Shown in pieces: positions 1 through 12,415 of a stretch of 64,000 bases of DNA. Location: positions 92,380,001 through 92,444,000 of the forward strand of contig NC_135801.1 of assembly GCF_964213995.1 (NCBI RefSeq), in the 5' to 3' direction. Position numbers and translations under genes: made by a program. Positions within the stretch are counted from its first letter, which is position 1; each line of letters begins with the position of its first letter. The DNA comes from Mustelus asterias (Eukaryota). Under the pieces are notes generated by a model that saw only the letters and a list, made by a program, of their open reading frames with translations, was not told where the DNA came from and did no database searches.

Positions 1-837
1 CCTGTTACAGCAGCTCCCCCCATTGCTGAGGGGATTTCGCTTTGAATATAAACTGGAATCGGGCAGTTTTTTTAGCGGTTCGTTCTGTGCAAGTGCATGA
101 AAGCTTGGAGTGGGTTTGAAAGGATTGTGCCCTCATTGAGCTTACTTGGCGAGTATATAAGTGGTCTCAGATGCTTGATGGGATTAGATTTCAAGAGCCC
201 ACAGTGCTGTCAAAGTCTACATTTGCACGCAGCATGAAGGGGCGCACATTTTTCCATTAATACTGATTTATTTTTGAAATGTGCACGCCAGTGGAGTTTT
301 CTGCATTCCGCGTGCTATACCTTCCACTTAAAAAAATCAAGTAGTGGTAGGAAAAATTCCCAAGACAAAAGTTTTGATATTTCTTCTGGTTTCTCAGAAA
401 TGCACGAACTTCAAAAAGCGGCAACATGTATGGCGGAGAACGGTAACAGTTTAGATCTTTTATCTGCTTCTTGAAGATTCAGAATCGGGTCCACCGATCC
501 TCCACCTTCCTCAGAAACTATTTTCTCCGGCCTCTGTCCCTAATCTCACCCCTTCCCCCTGGCCCCCAATTGCTGAGACAATTGTTGATCCCCAATGTGA
601 AGGAGCTTGCTTTCAGCTGTGCTAAAGGCATAAACGCAGCTTTTCTTCGTATTGTTGAGAGAAGGGTCAGTATTTCTTCAGCCGTGTCCAATTTTTCTGT
701 GGTCGTTAATTATTTATTGACTCCTTTTTTAATGTACTCGTAGAAACAGTAGGAAATGAATTGCGGGGAGGAGTATTTAACTCCCAAACATTCATCCCCC
801 TTTGCTTATAAAGATTCAAAATGGATTTAAAATTATT

Positions 838-954
838 ACTGAGTGAAATATCAGTAGCTGGGTGTAGATTTGACCACTGGGTGAAATATCAGTAGCTGGG
901 TGTAGATCTGACCACTGGGCGAAATATCAGTAGCTGAGTGTAGATTTGACCACT
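838..954. repeat. Minisatellite, 3 x 38 bp
   Basis: Unit ACTGGGTGAAATATCAGTAGCTGGGTGTAGATTTGACC at 838, 876 and 914, with 1-2 mismatches per copy. Confidence 0.95.
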
Positions 955-1033
955 TGGGCATGCTTCAGGAAATGATGGTGAGTCTGTTCCATTCCCTCCT
1001 TGTTTCACTGTCAAATTCGTTGTTTCCTTTCAG

Positions 1034-1105
1034 GGATTTGAATGGGAACAACATCACAAGAATCACCAAATCAGCTTTTTCAGGATTGAGACACATGCGA
1101 GTTCT
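1034..1105 (+). CDS. slit2: Slit2 coding exon (exon 2 equivalent), 72-nt LRR exon
   Basis: tttcctttcag|G GAT TTG AAT...CGA GTT CT|gtaagt; encodes [24 protein letters not shown], matching SLIT2 [24 protein letters not shown]; phase 2/2. Confidence 0.96.
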
Positions 1106-2302
1106 GTAAGTCTAAATATTTCTGTCGCGCCATCTATCCATTTCTGCTGCTATTTGCTTCCAACTCTTCAGCTTGTCATTTAAAAAAAGGTGCAGTTTGA
1201 TATCTCATGTTACCCTTTGTGAATGAAATGCAGGAATGAGGTGTTGTATGAATTAGCACAAGGCAGAGTTAGCAGTGACTATACATCACAGATCTAGACT
1301 ATAACACTCTTTCTTGATGCTGCTCTCCCACTTGATTATTGGCATTCTATTTTCTGCAGGAACATGTGATTTATTTTAGAAACTGAGGCGCTGGGTATAA
1401 CTGTAATGATGCCATGGGATACTTTATCCAGCGCCTATCCAATGCTTCAAGCTGCTTGCTATTTTGACGTTTAATAACACAGTGTGACAGTACACTTGGC
1501 AAACTCTACTGAGCCTGTATTTAACAATTTTGTTTCACTTGCTGGTTGTGAATGGGTAATAGTATTCGCCAGTCTTTGAAAATTGGCACAACCAAATGTT
1601 ACTCTTTGGGTCGCCACAGAGGCACAGCTAGTGTCAAGCACTTTGCATGTGAAAAATCTCAAAGATTGCAACAGTATTCTTGCAGAAATCATAAGCACAA
1701 TATTACTCATTCTTAACAAGTAATTCTATATTTGAACATTCATGTTTCTTTTTACAGATACTTTATAAAATTCCCCAAGTGAAATATATTAAGAACATTA
1801 TTAAAGAAAGCGCTACTCACAATTTATATTCTTAACTGTTGGTTGATTTGTTATTCTGTAATGGTGTGGACACTTAAAAGAAACATTGCTCAGTCTGCCG
1901 CTGTTTTTTGGTTCTGACAAGGTGCTCTGTTATTATAAATGTGTTTTTTCACATCTCTTTTGCTTTGCTATAGGCCTAGAAACTAAACTCTGAAGTATGT
2001 TTTCAAGAATGCTGTTTTAAATATTTGAATGGTGAAATGCCCTCTCTACCACACCTACCTTCCCCACCCGTACTTAATTTCTGTGCTATACATGTAGCTG
2101 TTGGATTTCAGGTGTCAGTGTCAGGCAAAGCAAATTGGATGTGAAATCTCAAACTCCAGTATGAAATGCTGTGAATAAAGATAAGCCAGCCCATGATCTG
2201 CTGTTGATGTTTGAAATTCAATCATTGAAGTTGTTAATGACTGCCTGCTTATTCACTACATTAAGATGCCATGGATTCAATTTTCTGTCATCTGCTTCAC
2301 AG

Positions 2303-2374
2303 ACAGCTCATGGAAAACCAAATAACCACCATTGAGAGGGGAGCCTTTCAGGATCTGAAGGAGCTGGAAAGACT
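2303..2374 (+). CDS. slit2: Slit2 coding exon (exon 3 equivalent), 72-nt LRR exon
   Basis: ctgcttcacag|A CAG CTC ATG...GAA AGA CT|gtaagt; encodes [24 protein letters not shown] (SLIT2: [24 protein letters not shown]); phase 2/2. Confidence 0.97.
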
Positions 2375-2625
2375 GTAAGTATTGTCAGTGTCTGAACCTC
2401 ACAAGACAACTTCCCAGTAAACTAAGAATTCAAATTTGGCCATTAGTGTAATCAAACCAGAAGAAATGAACAGAGCATATTTCTCACTTTATAATCTTGC
2501 GGGTTTGAGAGTTTAGTTTGCTGTAACTTGTCTCTTTGTTTTGTTCCTGGGTGCTTCCAGTATCTCGGGTGTTGCAATGTTCTATCATTCGAAGAGGATC
2601 ACTTTAACAAAATGTGTCAATAAGT

Positions 2626-2950
2626 GCACGGTGGTACAGTGGTTAACACTGCTGCCTCACAGCGCCAGGGACCTGGGTTCAATTCCGGCCCCAGGTCACT
2701 CACTGTCTGAGTGGAGTTTGCACTTTCTCCTTGTGTCTGCGTGGATTTCCTCCAGGTGCTCTGGTTTCCTCCGACAGTCCAAAGATATGCAGGTTAGGCT
2801 GATTGGCCATGCTAAATTGACCCTGGTGTCAGGGGGATTAGCGGGGTAAATGTGTGGGGTTACGGGAATAGGGCCTGGGTGGGATTGTGGTCGGTACAGT
2901 CTGGATGGGCTGAATGGCCTCCTTCTGTACTGTAGGGATACTCTGTACTA
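2626..2950 (+). mobile_element. HE1/V-SINE-type tRNA-derived SINE with CR1-type tail
   Basis: A/B-box head (gtggtacagtggttaacactgctgcctcacagcgccagggacctgggttcaattcc), V-domain core, tail gggctgaatggcctccttctgtactgtaggga. Confidence 0.9.
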
Positions 2951-3159
2951 TACTATAATTGTGATATCTTTGGTTTTAACTTCTTAATATATATTTTTTC
3001 CTATTTCGTTGTTTAGAGACACTTCAAACATTTGTTTTGTAATGAACTATTTAAGTAGCTGTTTGGTCATGAAACTTTCAGTCACATGGATATCATGCAC
3101 ATGCAGAAAGTGCCGATTTCAGAAAATCGGCCCTCATTTATATTTAAGGAGTACTAAGT

Positions 3160-3378
3160 GTGGTGGCCTTCAGCTGCCTAAGCCCTATGCTCTGGAATTT
3201 CCTTCCTCAGTCTCCTTGCTTTCCTCTCCTTTTAAGATGCTCCTTAAAACCTGTGACCAAGCTTTGGTTACATGTTGTAATATCCCCTAGCTTAATATCA
3301 ATTTTCTTTGGTCTGATATTCCTGTAAAGCATCTTGGAAAGTTTTACTATGTGTCATGTGCTATATATTAATGCAATT
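3160..3378 (+). mobile_element. 3' end of an L2-clade LINE
   Basis: ccttcagctgcctaagccctatgctctggaatttcctt...ttaagatgctccttaaaacc...gaccaagctttgg...tgtaaagcatcttgg...gctatatattaatgcaa, the typical L2 ORF2 end and tail. Confidence 0.7.
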
Positions 3379-5224
3379 TTTGAAGAGAAAAGTACAGATC
3401 TATACAATATTTCACACTTTGAAATTTTACCTGATATGAAAGATATACGTGAAATCTTGTGGAACCTAGTTGCAGCAGGAAGTGTCTCAATGGTAGAACT
3501 ATAAGTGTGCAGGACTTCCGCTCAGAGATGAGATGGCTGGCTATGTACCTATCATGCGGCAGCCAGCCAATTCGCTCTGCACAGTTGAAAGGCTCAGCCA
3601 ATGATTGGAGGGATGCAGGGATGCCTGTCTGAGAGGCGGAGTTTGAAATTGGACTGCTGCCACTTCTCCCCACTGCCACATTTGGATCCCTGGAGCTGCA
3701 AGCCATCATCTTTGACCATCCCTCACCCTAAGTTTGCCTTCTGAGATCCTTAAGCCACCCACCATCACTCTTGATTTAGCTGTTCCCCAGCGCTCTGAGT
3801 CTGTCCCCTCCTGTCACTCTTGTCCTATCAATTGTCATCCTTGACCCATCCCTCTATAACCGTAGACCTATCCTGGGTACCCTCAACTTTCCCAGCTTCA
3901 CCATTGACGTGCCCTCAGTCACCCTTGATCTCCTGAAGCCACTGTTGGCTTCATCCAGCACCCTTCCTCTGTCCCCCATGACTCTTCTTAGGGCTGCCAT
4001 GGTTCAGCCCTCAGACAGCCATGCTACTGGAGCTCAATGCAAACTCAATCTTCTTTCCTCTGGTCCAACACAGTGCCCCAGACTACAGAAGTAGCTGTTA
4101 CACACTCCAAATCCACCAAGAAGACTACTTTGCTTGTTCCATGCTACCTTTAAGCAGTCGTGAATAGAAGGCACTTGTTTCTCATTTGCTGCCAACTTAA
4201 TCACAAAGGCACAATTTTATCTGCTGACCATGAGTTTTAATAAGTATGCATGGCATGCTAATGGATTAAAAATTGGTTTCCGCATCTAGTTGTCGGGGAC
4301 CACAATTTGTCTTTAATCTGCCTGCATTTTACTTCTTGACTTTCAATGCACCATCAGGCAGCTGTCATTTCACAATTAACTGCTCTCGTCCGCCTTGTTT
4401 CCCGCTCCCAGGAACTTCACTAGATTCCACCCCTTGTTATACTCACAATTCAAAGGCTAACATTCTGAGTTACATTGTAAAATTGGTGTATAGAGCAATG
4501 GTATAGTGGACCCTGTATTTTCACCGCACTCCTTACTTGAATCTATATTAAAAATCTAGACCTCTCAAGGTATTGTGCAAGTTTCAGGCATGGTGTAAGT
4601 GTAGTGTTCTGTATGTATCACATTTTCCTGAACTGGCATCACTGCTTTATTTATATAGGGGTCCTATAGTTGGCCATTTATTTATCTATTAATGCAACGG
4701 TGCGGAATGACACCACTCAAGAGCAGACTCCTAGCCAGTGTGAGGGTTAAATTGGATTGATTTCTATTGATATATCTTATGCAGAGCCTTGTGCTTTCTG
4801 GATGGAGATGGCTTCACTGCTTCTATCTCTTTGCATATCTTCCTCTGTTGCTCTTTTGTGTCTCTGTTGTTTTCTGAATTTGTTTCTTATTGGGAATGGA
4901 ATCTCAGGAATTTTGGGATTGGAACTGAAAGAGAGTAAGGCCAGGACAGGCATCAGCAGGAAATTGTGGGAGGGAGTGAATGGGAAGATATGAAGTGGGT
5001 GCGATTCACGGCAACAATTAGGGAGGGAGGCAAAAAATGAAGCTTTATCCAACACCTTAAGTGAACCTCGGAGGCAAAGGCAAACACAGCGGACGTTTTG
5101 TCCAACAAACAGCAATAAGATGAAGGACCTATTGGCTCACCTTTAGTGATCACAGTTTAGGAAAAAGATTTTTCAGGGATTGGTGGGCACCTATCTAAAC
5201 AACTGGAACAGATTGTCATGAGCT

Positions 5225-5355
5225 GTTGACACCTTATCCCAGAAGCCAATGGTACCTCAGCACTTGTCAGCCTTGACTATGTGCTGAAATCCTGAATTGA
5301 GACATGAACCCATCATATTGTGACCTGGAAGTGATAGTGCTACCAAATGAGTCGG
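5225..5355 (-). mobile_element. 5' (tRNA-head) fragment of a DeuSINE/SacSINE1-like SINE
   Basis: tgtcagccttgactatgtgctgaaatcctg...catgaacccatcatattgtgacc...gatagtgctaccaaatgagtc is the reverse complement of a degraded tRNA-like head. Confidence 0.55.
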
Positions 5356-5653
5356 GTTAAGAAGGTTTTCAGAAGAGGCATGGGCGGTTCCTGTTGGTGT
5401 TTGTGGTATTGGGACTGACAGTGTAATATAAGAGCATATGTGGATTGGCAATGTTACTATGATTGTCTGCATAATCAAAACTATTGCTTTTGCCCAGGAG
5501 GGAGAGATGGCAATTTGGTTATTTGTGATTTACTGAATAATGTATGAATTATGTGACAATCATTATTTATAAATAGCAAGGGCAAATAACTCTTTTGCAG
5601 CTGAAAGCAGGTTTGCAATTTTTCTCATTGGTCCACAGACACTCCAGTCAGCT

Positions 5654-5960
5654 AGAAAGAAAGACTTGCAATTCTATAGTGCCTTTTATTTGCTTCACAG
5701 TCAATTGAATACTGTGATAGATGTTGTAATGTTAGAAACATGATAGCTGGCTTGCGCACAACGAAGTTCGACAAACAACAATTAAATAATGGCCATTCAA
5801 GCTGCTTTTTATACTGATGTCGGTTAAGGGACGAATATTGGCCAAGACAATGTTTGATGCTCACTGCAAACATATATTCTACATGTGTACATTGCTCCAG
5901 ACACCCAGGAGAAGCTTTCAATGAGATTCTTGATCTCCCACCATTCACCGGGGGCCTTGA
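5654..5960 (-). mobile_element. DeuSINE/SacSINE1-like SINE remnant
   Basis: aagaaagacttgcaattctatagtgccttt (reverse tail) ... gttgtaatgttagaaacatgatagctggcttgcgcaca ... ggttaagggacgaatattggccaagaca (Deu domain). Confidence 0.7.
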
Positions 5961-6395
5961 GAAATGAAATGAATGGCTTTTCCAGGTGTTATGCTGCTCT
6001 TATACTGGAGTTATGGCAGCAGATCAGGTAGAACCCCCACAGAAATTCACTGTGAAAGTTTTTAATAATATAAATTATAGCTGTCACCCGTGAAAGCAGA
6101 TGATCCACTGTGCGTCCAGTTTACATAATGCATTTCCAAAGCTTTGCATCTGCTGATTTATATAACAGCTAACTAACATTAGCCTCGTTCAGGAACTATT
6201 CTTTTTCACGTCAAAAACACTGCTGCTCCAATACTGTACAAATGAGCTACAAAGGCAAACTTTAACAAAACTATCAAAAAATATAACTTACAAAGTTGTC
6301 TCTGCAAAAAAGGCCTGTACTTCCTGGCAGACTAGCTGTAGAGCCAAAAGACACAAAAGGCAAATTTTATTCTGCAACACAAGTATTTATGATGT

Positions 6396-6725
6396 AACAG
6401 GTCTAGCAGCAGAAACAGAGTTAATCACCAGAATTCTCCCACCCTGCCCGCCATGGAATCGGAGCGGGCGAGGGGTGGACAACAGAAATGATGTCCATTG
6501 ACCTCGGGTGGGAATTTACAGTCTTGCTCAAGCGAGGCCATAAAATCCCGCCTAATGTTTCAAATTGAATGCGACTCTTCTTCCGAACTTATGTACTGAA
6601 GAGCAGTAATTAACTCAACATTAACTCTGTTTCTGTCCTCACGTACTGCCAGACCTGCTGAGTATTTCCAGCACTTTCTGTTTTTTTCATTTCAGATTTC
6701 CAGCATCCGCACTAATTCGTTTTTA
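6396..6725. mobile_element. Penelope-like inverted-repeat remnant interrupted by a MITE
   Basis: aacaggtctagcagcagaaacagagttaa ... attaactctgtttctgtcctcacgtactgccagacctgctgagtatttccagcactttctg...atttcagatttccagcatccgc; same family as 58200-58420. Confidence 0.6.
6425..6552. mobile_element. PIF/Harbinger-type MITE
   Basis: Ends ccagaattctccc...aaaatcccgcc, with TAA on both sides (6422-6424, 6553-6555); homologous to 50528-50652. Confidence 0.7.
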
Positions 6726-9579
6726 TATCAGCAATTATCACAATGCTGTCTAGGTGATTTCCTAGTTACCATCATTGTTGTTTGGTTACCAATGGACATA
6801 AAAGCACTGAATAATCAACACAACTGTTGCGCAAATACAGAATAAAGTCTTAAAAACAAAGAATTTGTTTTATTCCTCCCCCAAACTAATTGCTGCTGAC
6901 AAATCCTGCAGCTGTAGCAATTATATTTACTCTTGTGGCCTGTGGCCTTTGTTTATTGCTTTTCTAAGACTGCATAGAATGAAACCTGACATGCTACTTA
7001 CTGTTCAAAAAATGTCACCTGAGCTTTGCTCTACAATATCGATGCAAACAAATTCAGTACAGATCAGGTTTGATGTATGCGTGTTCCTGCCAGAAAGGAC
7101 GAGCCTTCATTCATATCACCTCGGGGAACTCCAGCATATTAATTGCCTCCCCTGAACCAGAACCCGCCATCCCATGTGAATGCGCTGAACATTAGTCTTT
7201 GAAAATAATTGCAGTTAGTCGGGCTGGCATTTTCCAATGGTGTTCTATGCAGCCCTCTCGCTTGCTTCAGGTTGGCTGCCTCAACTGTTGATCTATAGCT
7301 GGCAGGGCCTGAATGAAGTGCAGGGGATTGAGTTGACTTTCAACTGTGCAACATGATTTAGCACAAAGCCCCCTCTACCTCTAGGCAGTCACAGCTGTCA
7401 GCCCCAGAGCAAATATTTCATATTTGTTCAGAATAAGCTGTGGAAATTCCCATTGTTAGTGGCTGTCAAGTCAACCTGATATGAAGAGGTTGTTATCTGA
7501 CAAGCAATTTATCTCCAAGTGTCTGTGGAATCCACAAGAAGATTCTCTTGAAGTTTGTATTAATCTGCAATGAGTTTTCATCATATTTCCTCACCTTCAC
7601 TGCAAGAAGGAAATAAATTGAATTGTGATTTCTAAGCAATGTGTCTAAAAATCCCCTGAAGTTTGATTCTTGACTCTGGTGGTTATTTTTCAGTGCTGTA
7701 ACTCCTTGTTCACCTGCACAGTCTGGGTTTAACGTAAGAGAGATGTTCCCACGATTCCTTCACATCACAAGTTCCCTGACCTTGACCGGGACATTAAGGG
7801 GAAACAGAGTGGGGGCTAGATGCTTCCCCACAGGAGGGAAGGAATTTCAGCAGCAAATCACCTCCTATTATACCAATTGCCTCGAGTAGATTGAGGAGAT
7901 TTTCTGCTTATTTTAGAAAGCAGACTTAGTGCCCCAACCAATAGTTTCAGCAGCATATGATATTCTGATCCTGTTTAAGAGAAAGGGAAAGAGAAAGTAA
8001 GCTGTGGGCAGTTTCTTTATGCTGTATCTCTCCCTCCTGTCATAAATGATTAGAAATCTGGCTCCGTTTACGATAGAGTTACATCGGCACCTGTTTGGCA
8101 GCATGTTACATTTCTGTATTCTCGGCTTGGAATACATTTTCATGCTGCTGAAATGAAAAGAGTTTAACATTTTAAACAAACAGAGAACAAAGGCATAAGG
8201 ACAATCTTTATGAATAAAGTAGCAACATTTTTTTGTCTTCTCTGTGGATTGCCACCTTTGCCGTGACTGAGCGACTCAAGCTTTTCGACTTTCTCCTGAG
8301 CAATGCCACTGGGAGCTTATTGCCACCCATGGCAGCAGGTGTCGAGTCAAAGTGCCGTCCAAAATTCCTCAGCGGTGGAACAGACAAAGGAAGAATGTGT
8401 CTCGCTGGATGCATAGGCAGAAGAAGACTGCAATGGTAAAGTGGTCTCAATTGTTACGGTTTGACACATCACCAAAAACTGATCATCAACCCATCAATAT
8501 TGTGGACCCAATGACAGCGTCCCAAGTTTCCCACACATTAAACAAGGTCACATGCAGGCATCTACCAGGGTTTGACAATGATTAGCTTTGCAGATCAGAA
8601 TGAAGCAGTAGGGTTGGAATGTCAGGTTAATGCTCAAACTGTGGCAGGTATATAAGGCTCTGGACTGCATTGGCTGGTAAACATTCTGAGCTAGAATTTT
8701 GTTGTTTCAGCCATTTCCATTTTTCACCATGGGGGAAGATTTCTTCTGTTTGAAAAAAAATTGTAACTGTTCTCCCCCCCCCGCCCCCCAGCCCCCGCCA
8801 ACTTGTGTATTACCCATCTCACTGCACTGTATTATTAATTGAGGGCACCAAAAGGGAAAGTCATCTGAGACAACCTTGTTTATTTATAGCCGAGCCTTTT
8901 TTCTTAAATGTCAGCCTGGATGCAGTTGGTCTTTCGCGTGCTGACAATATTGGCGGTGATTTAGAAAAATGCCTTTGTTTCTCTTTGATTTTTCCCCCTT
9001 ACTCTCCCTTCTGAATGAAATGGCACATCCTGCAGTGCATTTCTATGTTGTACTGGCAGAGTTTGGAACCCCAAACCAGTGATCGTTCTTCATGTGTTGA
9101 TCAGGATTGGGATGCCATTCGCTCATTGCGAGCTACAGAGCCAAGCTTGTGTGTGCAATATTCACTGTGAATGTACATGCATTTAACAACCAACATCTCA
9201 CATGTAAGGGATGGAAACTCTAAGCGGAGCAAGCTTGATGGGCCAAATGGCCTACTCTACTGCCACTCCTATTTTTTAATGTTCTTTTCTTAATAGCAGG
9301 GCTATGAGTTTGAATCCTAGTCTCAAACATCATGAGTTTCTAATTGCCCTTGTTGGGTGAATCATTAGGCCAGATGATGGCGTACCTGAACTCTGCCACC
9401 TTCCTGTGTCCACCAGAATTATGTTCAGTTATTATTGTCAGTTGAGAGCCTGACTACACTACAGTATTTGGGTAGTGCAAATACAGAAAATAACCTCCTG
9501 CCAGCTATCAGCAGTGCAAAACAAAGACAATCAGTTGCACCTAAGATTGCCAGGTATTCCTGAGGGTTTCACAGTATGA

Positions 9580-9776
9580 TGTGGAGTTGCTGGCATTGGA
9601 CTGAGGTAAGCACAGTAAGAAGTCTCACAACACCAGGTTAAAGTCCAACAGGTTTATTTGGTAGCACAAGCTTTCGGAGCATTGCACTCACCTGATGAAG
9701 GGGCAACGCTCCGAAAGCTCATGCTACCAAATAAACCTGTTGGACTGCAACCTAGTGTTGTGAGACTACTTACTGT
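9580..9776. mobile_element. Penelope-like palindromic element with hammerhead-like core and target-site duplication
   Basis: 69-bp inverted arms 9612-9680 and 9708-9776 (6 mismatches); CTGATGA at 9692-9698 and GAAA at 9713-9716; flanking direct repeat gtttcacagtatga (9566-9579) / gtttcacaatatga (9775-9788). Confidence 0.75.
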
Positions 9777-9974
9777 TTCACAATATGACCTTGGATCTCC
9801 ATCTGCCCTACCCAATCAGACAGTTTTTTCTTCCCATCTCTATTATTTTTCTCAATAAATGAAATAGTTCAAGAAAATGAAAAAAATACACATTTGTTTT
9901 TGAAAACCCTGTGGTATTTCTCCTGGGCTTCACACAGCATTATCTGGAAGATTTGGGGACAAACCTGAAGGATT

Positions 9975-10452
9975 GCGCTACACTTTAGGTCAGATGTAAA
10001 GACATTAGAGAGAGTGCAGAAAAGGCTCCCAAAAATGGTTCCAGGGATGAGGAACTTCAGTTATCTAGATGCATTGGATAATGTGGACAGTTCACCTTAG
10101 ACCAGGGAAGGTTAAGAGGAGATCTGATAGAGGTATACACAATTGTGAGGAACCTGGACAGATTAGATAGGGGAAAATTGTTGCCGTTGGTGGAAGGATC
10201 GGGAACAAGATAATAGGCAAAAGAAGCAATGACATCATGGGGAAAATCTTTTTCACGCTGGGTGGTTGGGGTCTGAAATGCACTGCCCGAGAGTATGGTG
10301 AAGGCAGGTTGAGTCAAAACATTTGAGAGGGAATTGGACTGTGATCTGAAAAGGAAGAATCTACAGGGTTACGGGGAGAAGGCTGGAAGTGGCACTTGGA
10401 CATGATGGGCTGAATGGCCTCCTTTGCTGTAAGCATCCTGTGATTCAGTGAT
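9975..10452 (+). mobile_element. CR1 LINE 3' fragment
   Basis: ttagagagagtgcagaaaagg...atggttccagggatgagg (LERVQ.R..KM.PG), ggttaagaggagatctgatagagg (RLRGDLIE), tail tgggctgaatggcctcctt. Confidence 0.88.
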
Positions 10453-11101
10453 GTGTTGCTCCTTCTCAACTGAAATAAGAGGCTTGGAAAGAAAACAGAG
10501 AACTAGGCACCACGAAAAGGAAGGAAAAGGAGCAGAGCATGTAAATAAATAATACACTGTGTATGTCTTGAGAAACCAGAAATTAATTTGACCTGACATC
10601 GATTTAAAAAGCACTCAGTAGTGCTGCCTGCTAATCTGCTGCGTGTACTGCTTGTTTCTGGTTATAATAGACCTTGAATTATTTTCTTTCACTCCTTTAA
10701 TGACTTTCTTTTATGTCGTTTAAAAGTGTCAGACAGTCAATGGCAGCGAAATAATCCAATTTTTTAAAACCAAGAATTCCAAACCACTGCCTGAATCCAC
10801 AACAAGCACTGACGAGGAGATTAAACAAGACTTTATTCAATGGGGACAGCTAACTGAAAGTGACAAATAGAATATCTTTCGCAAAAAGAATAGAAAGTGC
10901 TCATTTGGTGATAATGTTTGTATTTGTATGCCGGTGTTTCAAATAAACAGATGAATAGCACTGCTCAGCATGAGTTTCAGCAGCAGAGTGGTGGAATGGG
11001 AGGACTATTGTAGCATACGTGGAGTTGCTTTCACTGGGATTTAGCACAGCTAATAACAATAACAGCAACAGCTTAAATTTGTCTACCACTTTTAACATAA
11101 T

Positions 11102-12415
11102 GAACGGAATCTTGTTGGGGTGGGGGAGGGGGGGGGGGGCTGAGGGGGGTGGTGGGGAGGTGGTTCTGCGGTTGGAGAGCTGGCAAGAGACCTGTGCTGC
11201 CTCTTTTCGGGAAAGCCCGCTGAACCAAAAGCCAACCAGGCATTCGCAAGGCCAACTGTGGGCCTTCCCCTGGAATCCCAGAGACAACAATCGGAAGCTG
11301 GCAGCTCCTGTGTTCAGCATGGCCACTGGGTAAGCTGTGACTTGCTGCCAGAAGGAGAGGCATCGGAGTTCTAGGTTTGCTGGGTGATCCAGACTATAGA
11401 CGGGATGGGGATGGCAAGGAGATCAGTGCAGCAGGGTTGCTAGCAATCAAAGGGCGTGTGTCTCAGAAGGCTCTCTCTTCCTAATGTCCAGTTTTTTGAA
11501 CATGCACCGAGTGCCTTTGATTGAAGGATAGCTCCCAGGAGGTGGCATGCTGACTGCACGATTTTATAGGCCCTGCATGTTTCATGGCGACAGGCCTGTC
11601 ACTGGATTAATACCAGCAGTGGCAGTATAAAGCCCTGAAGTAGTCATTAATTGGTTACCCAAGGGCCTCAATTGGTGTTGTGGTGAGTTGTAATTTTGAT
11701 GAGAGCTGTTTAATAAGAGACGTCTGCATTATTTCTTCTTGAGGCAGGATTTCATTATGGGCTTCAAGATCCCAATGTCGGCACCACATGGGAATCCTGA
11801 GCCTGTGTTTTCTGGGAGCCAGACCAACACAGTGATACTCCTGGAAGTGAGTTGACATCCTCTGAACTCACTGTCCCATTACAGATGGTGGGTAGGATTT
11901 AGATGCTGCTCGCCTTATCAGAGGGCCAAAACCTCTGAAGCCTCAGCAGCCCCAGTGGGCACTGCTGAGGCACTGCTGAGATCATGAGGGAGCCTCAACA
12001 TGAGATCAGTATATTTTTTAAAAATGGAGGGGAAAGACCTCCGGGCGGAGTGTTTGAGCGGTGGAAGCTGCCTTTCTTTCATGTGCTCCCTTTAATGGCC
12101 ATTGAATGTCTGTCCCCAGTGGCCCGCGGACTGCCAATAGGAGGCTGTCTCCCTGAAGCTGGTGGCTTCTACACTTGGCTGGAGGCCATTTTCCGCTGGT
12201 ATAATTCCAACACGGCCTCTGAATCACTGCTAAAACAAACCATGCAATCGTTCTTCTCAGCTGCCAGCCTCCGTTCAGCAGGTGACCATTTTGCAACTGC
12301 TCCTGCCACTCCCAGTGGCGAGAATACGTTGGCAAGATGGCCCGATATGACTCTACTATTTTCCTGGTGCCCTCGCTGCTTTTCTTGCCAGCCAGGGGCC
12401 AGAAAAATCCTGCCC
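11102..12415. mobile_element. GC-rich non-autonomous DNA transposon (Harbinger-like), possibly composite
   Basis: Abrupt GC rise; right end agaaaaatcctgccc resembles the MITE termini; internal cattaattgg motifs resemble those at 45850-46500. Confidence 0.5.

Noticed and set aside
838-954. 38-bp repeats as a CRISPR array
   Set aside because: Head-to-tail copies with no spacers, no cas genes, vertebrate intron.
966-983. Possible 9-nt microexon cag|GAAATGATG|gtgagt before exon 2
   Set aside because: The downstream intron would be only 56 nt, there is no pyrimidine tract upstream, and in phase 2 it reads AAA TGA (stop).
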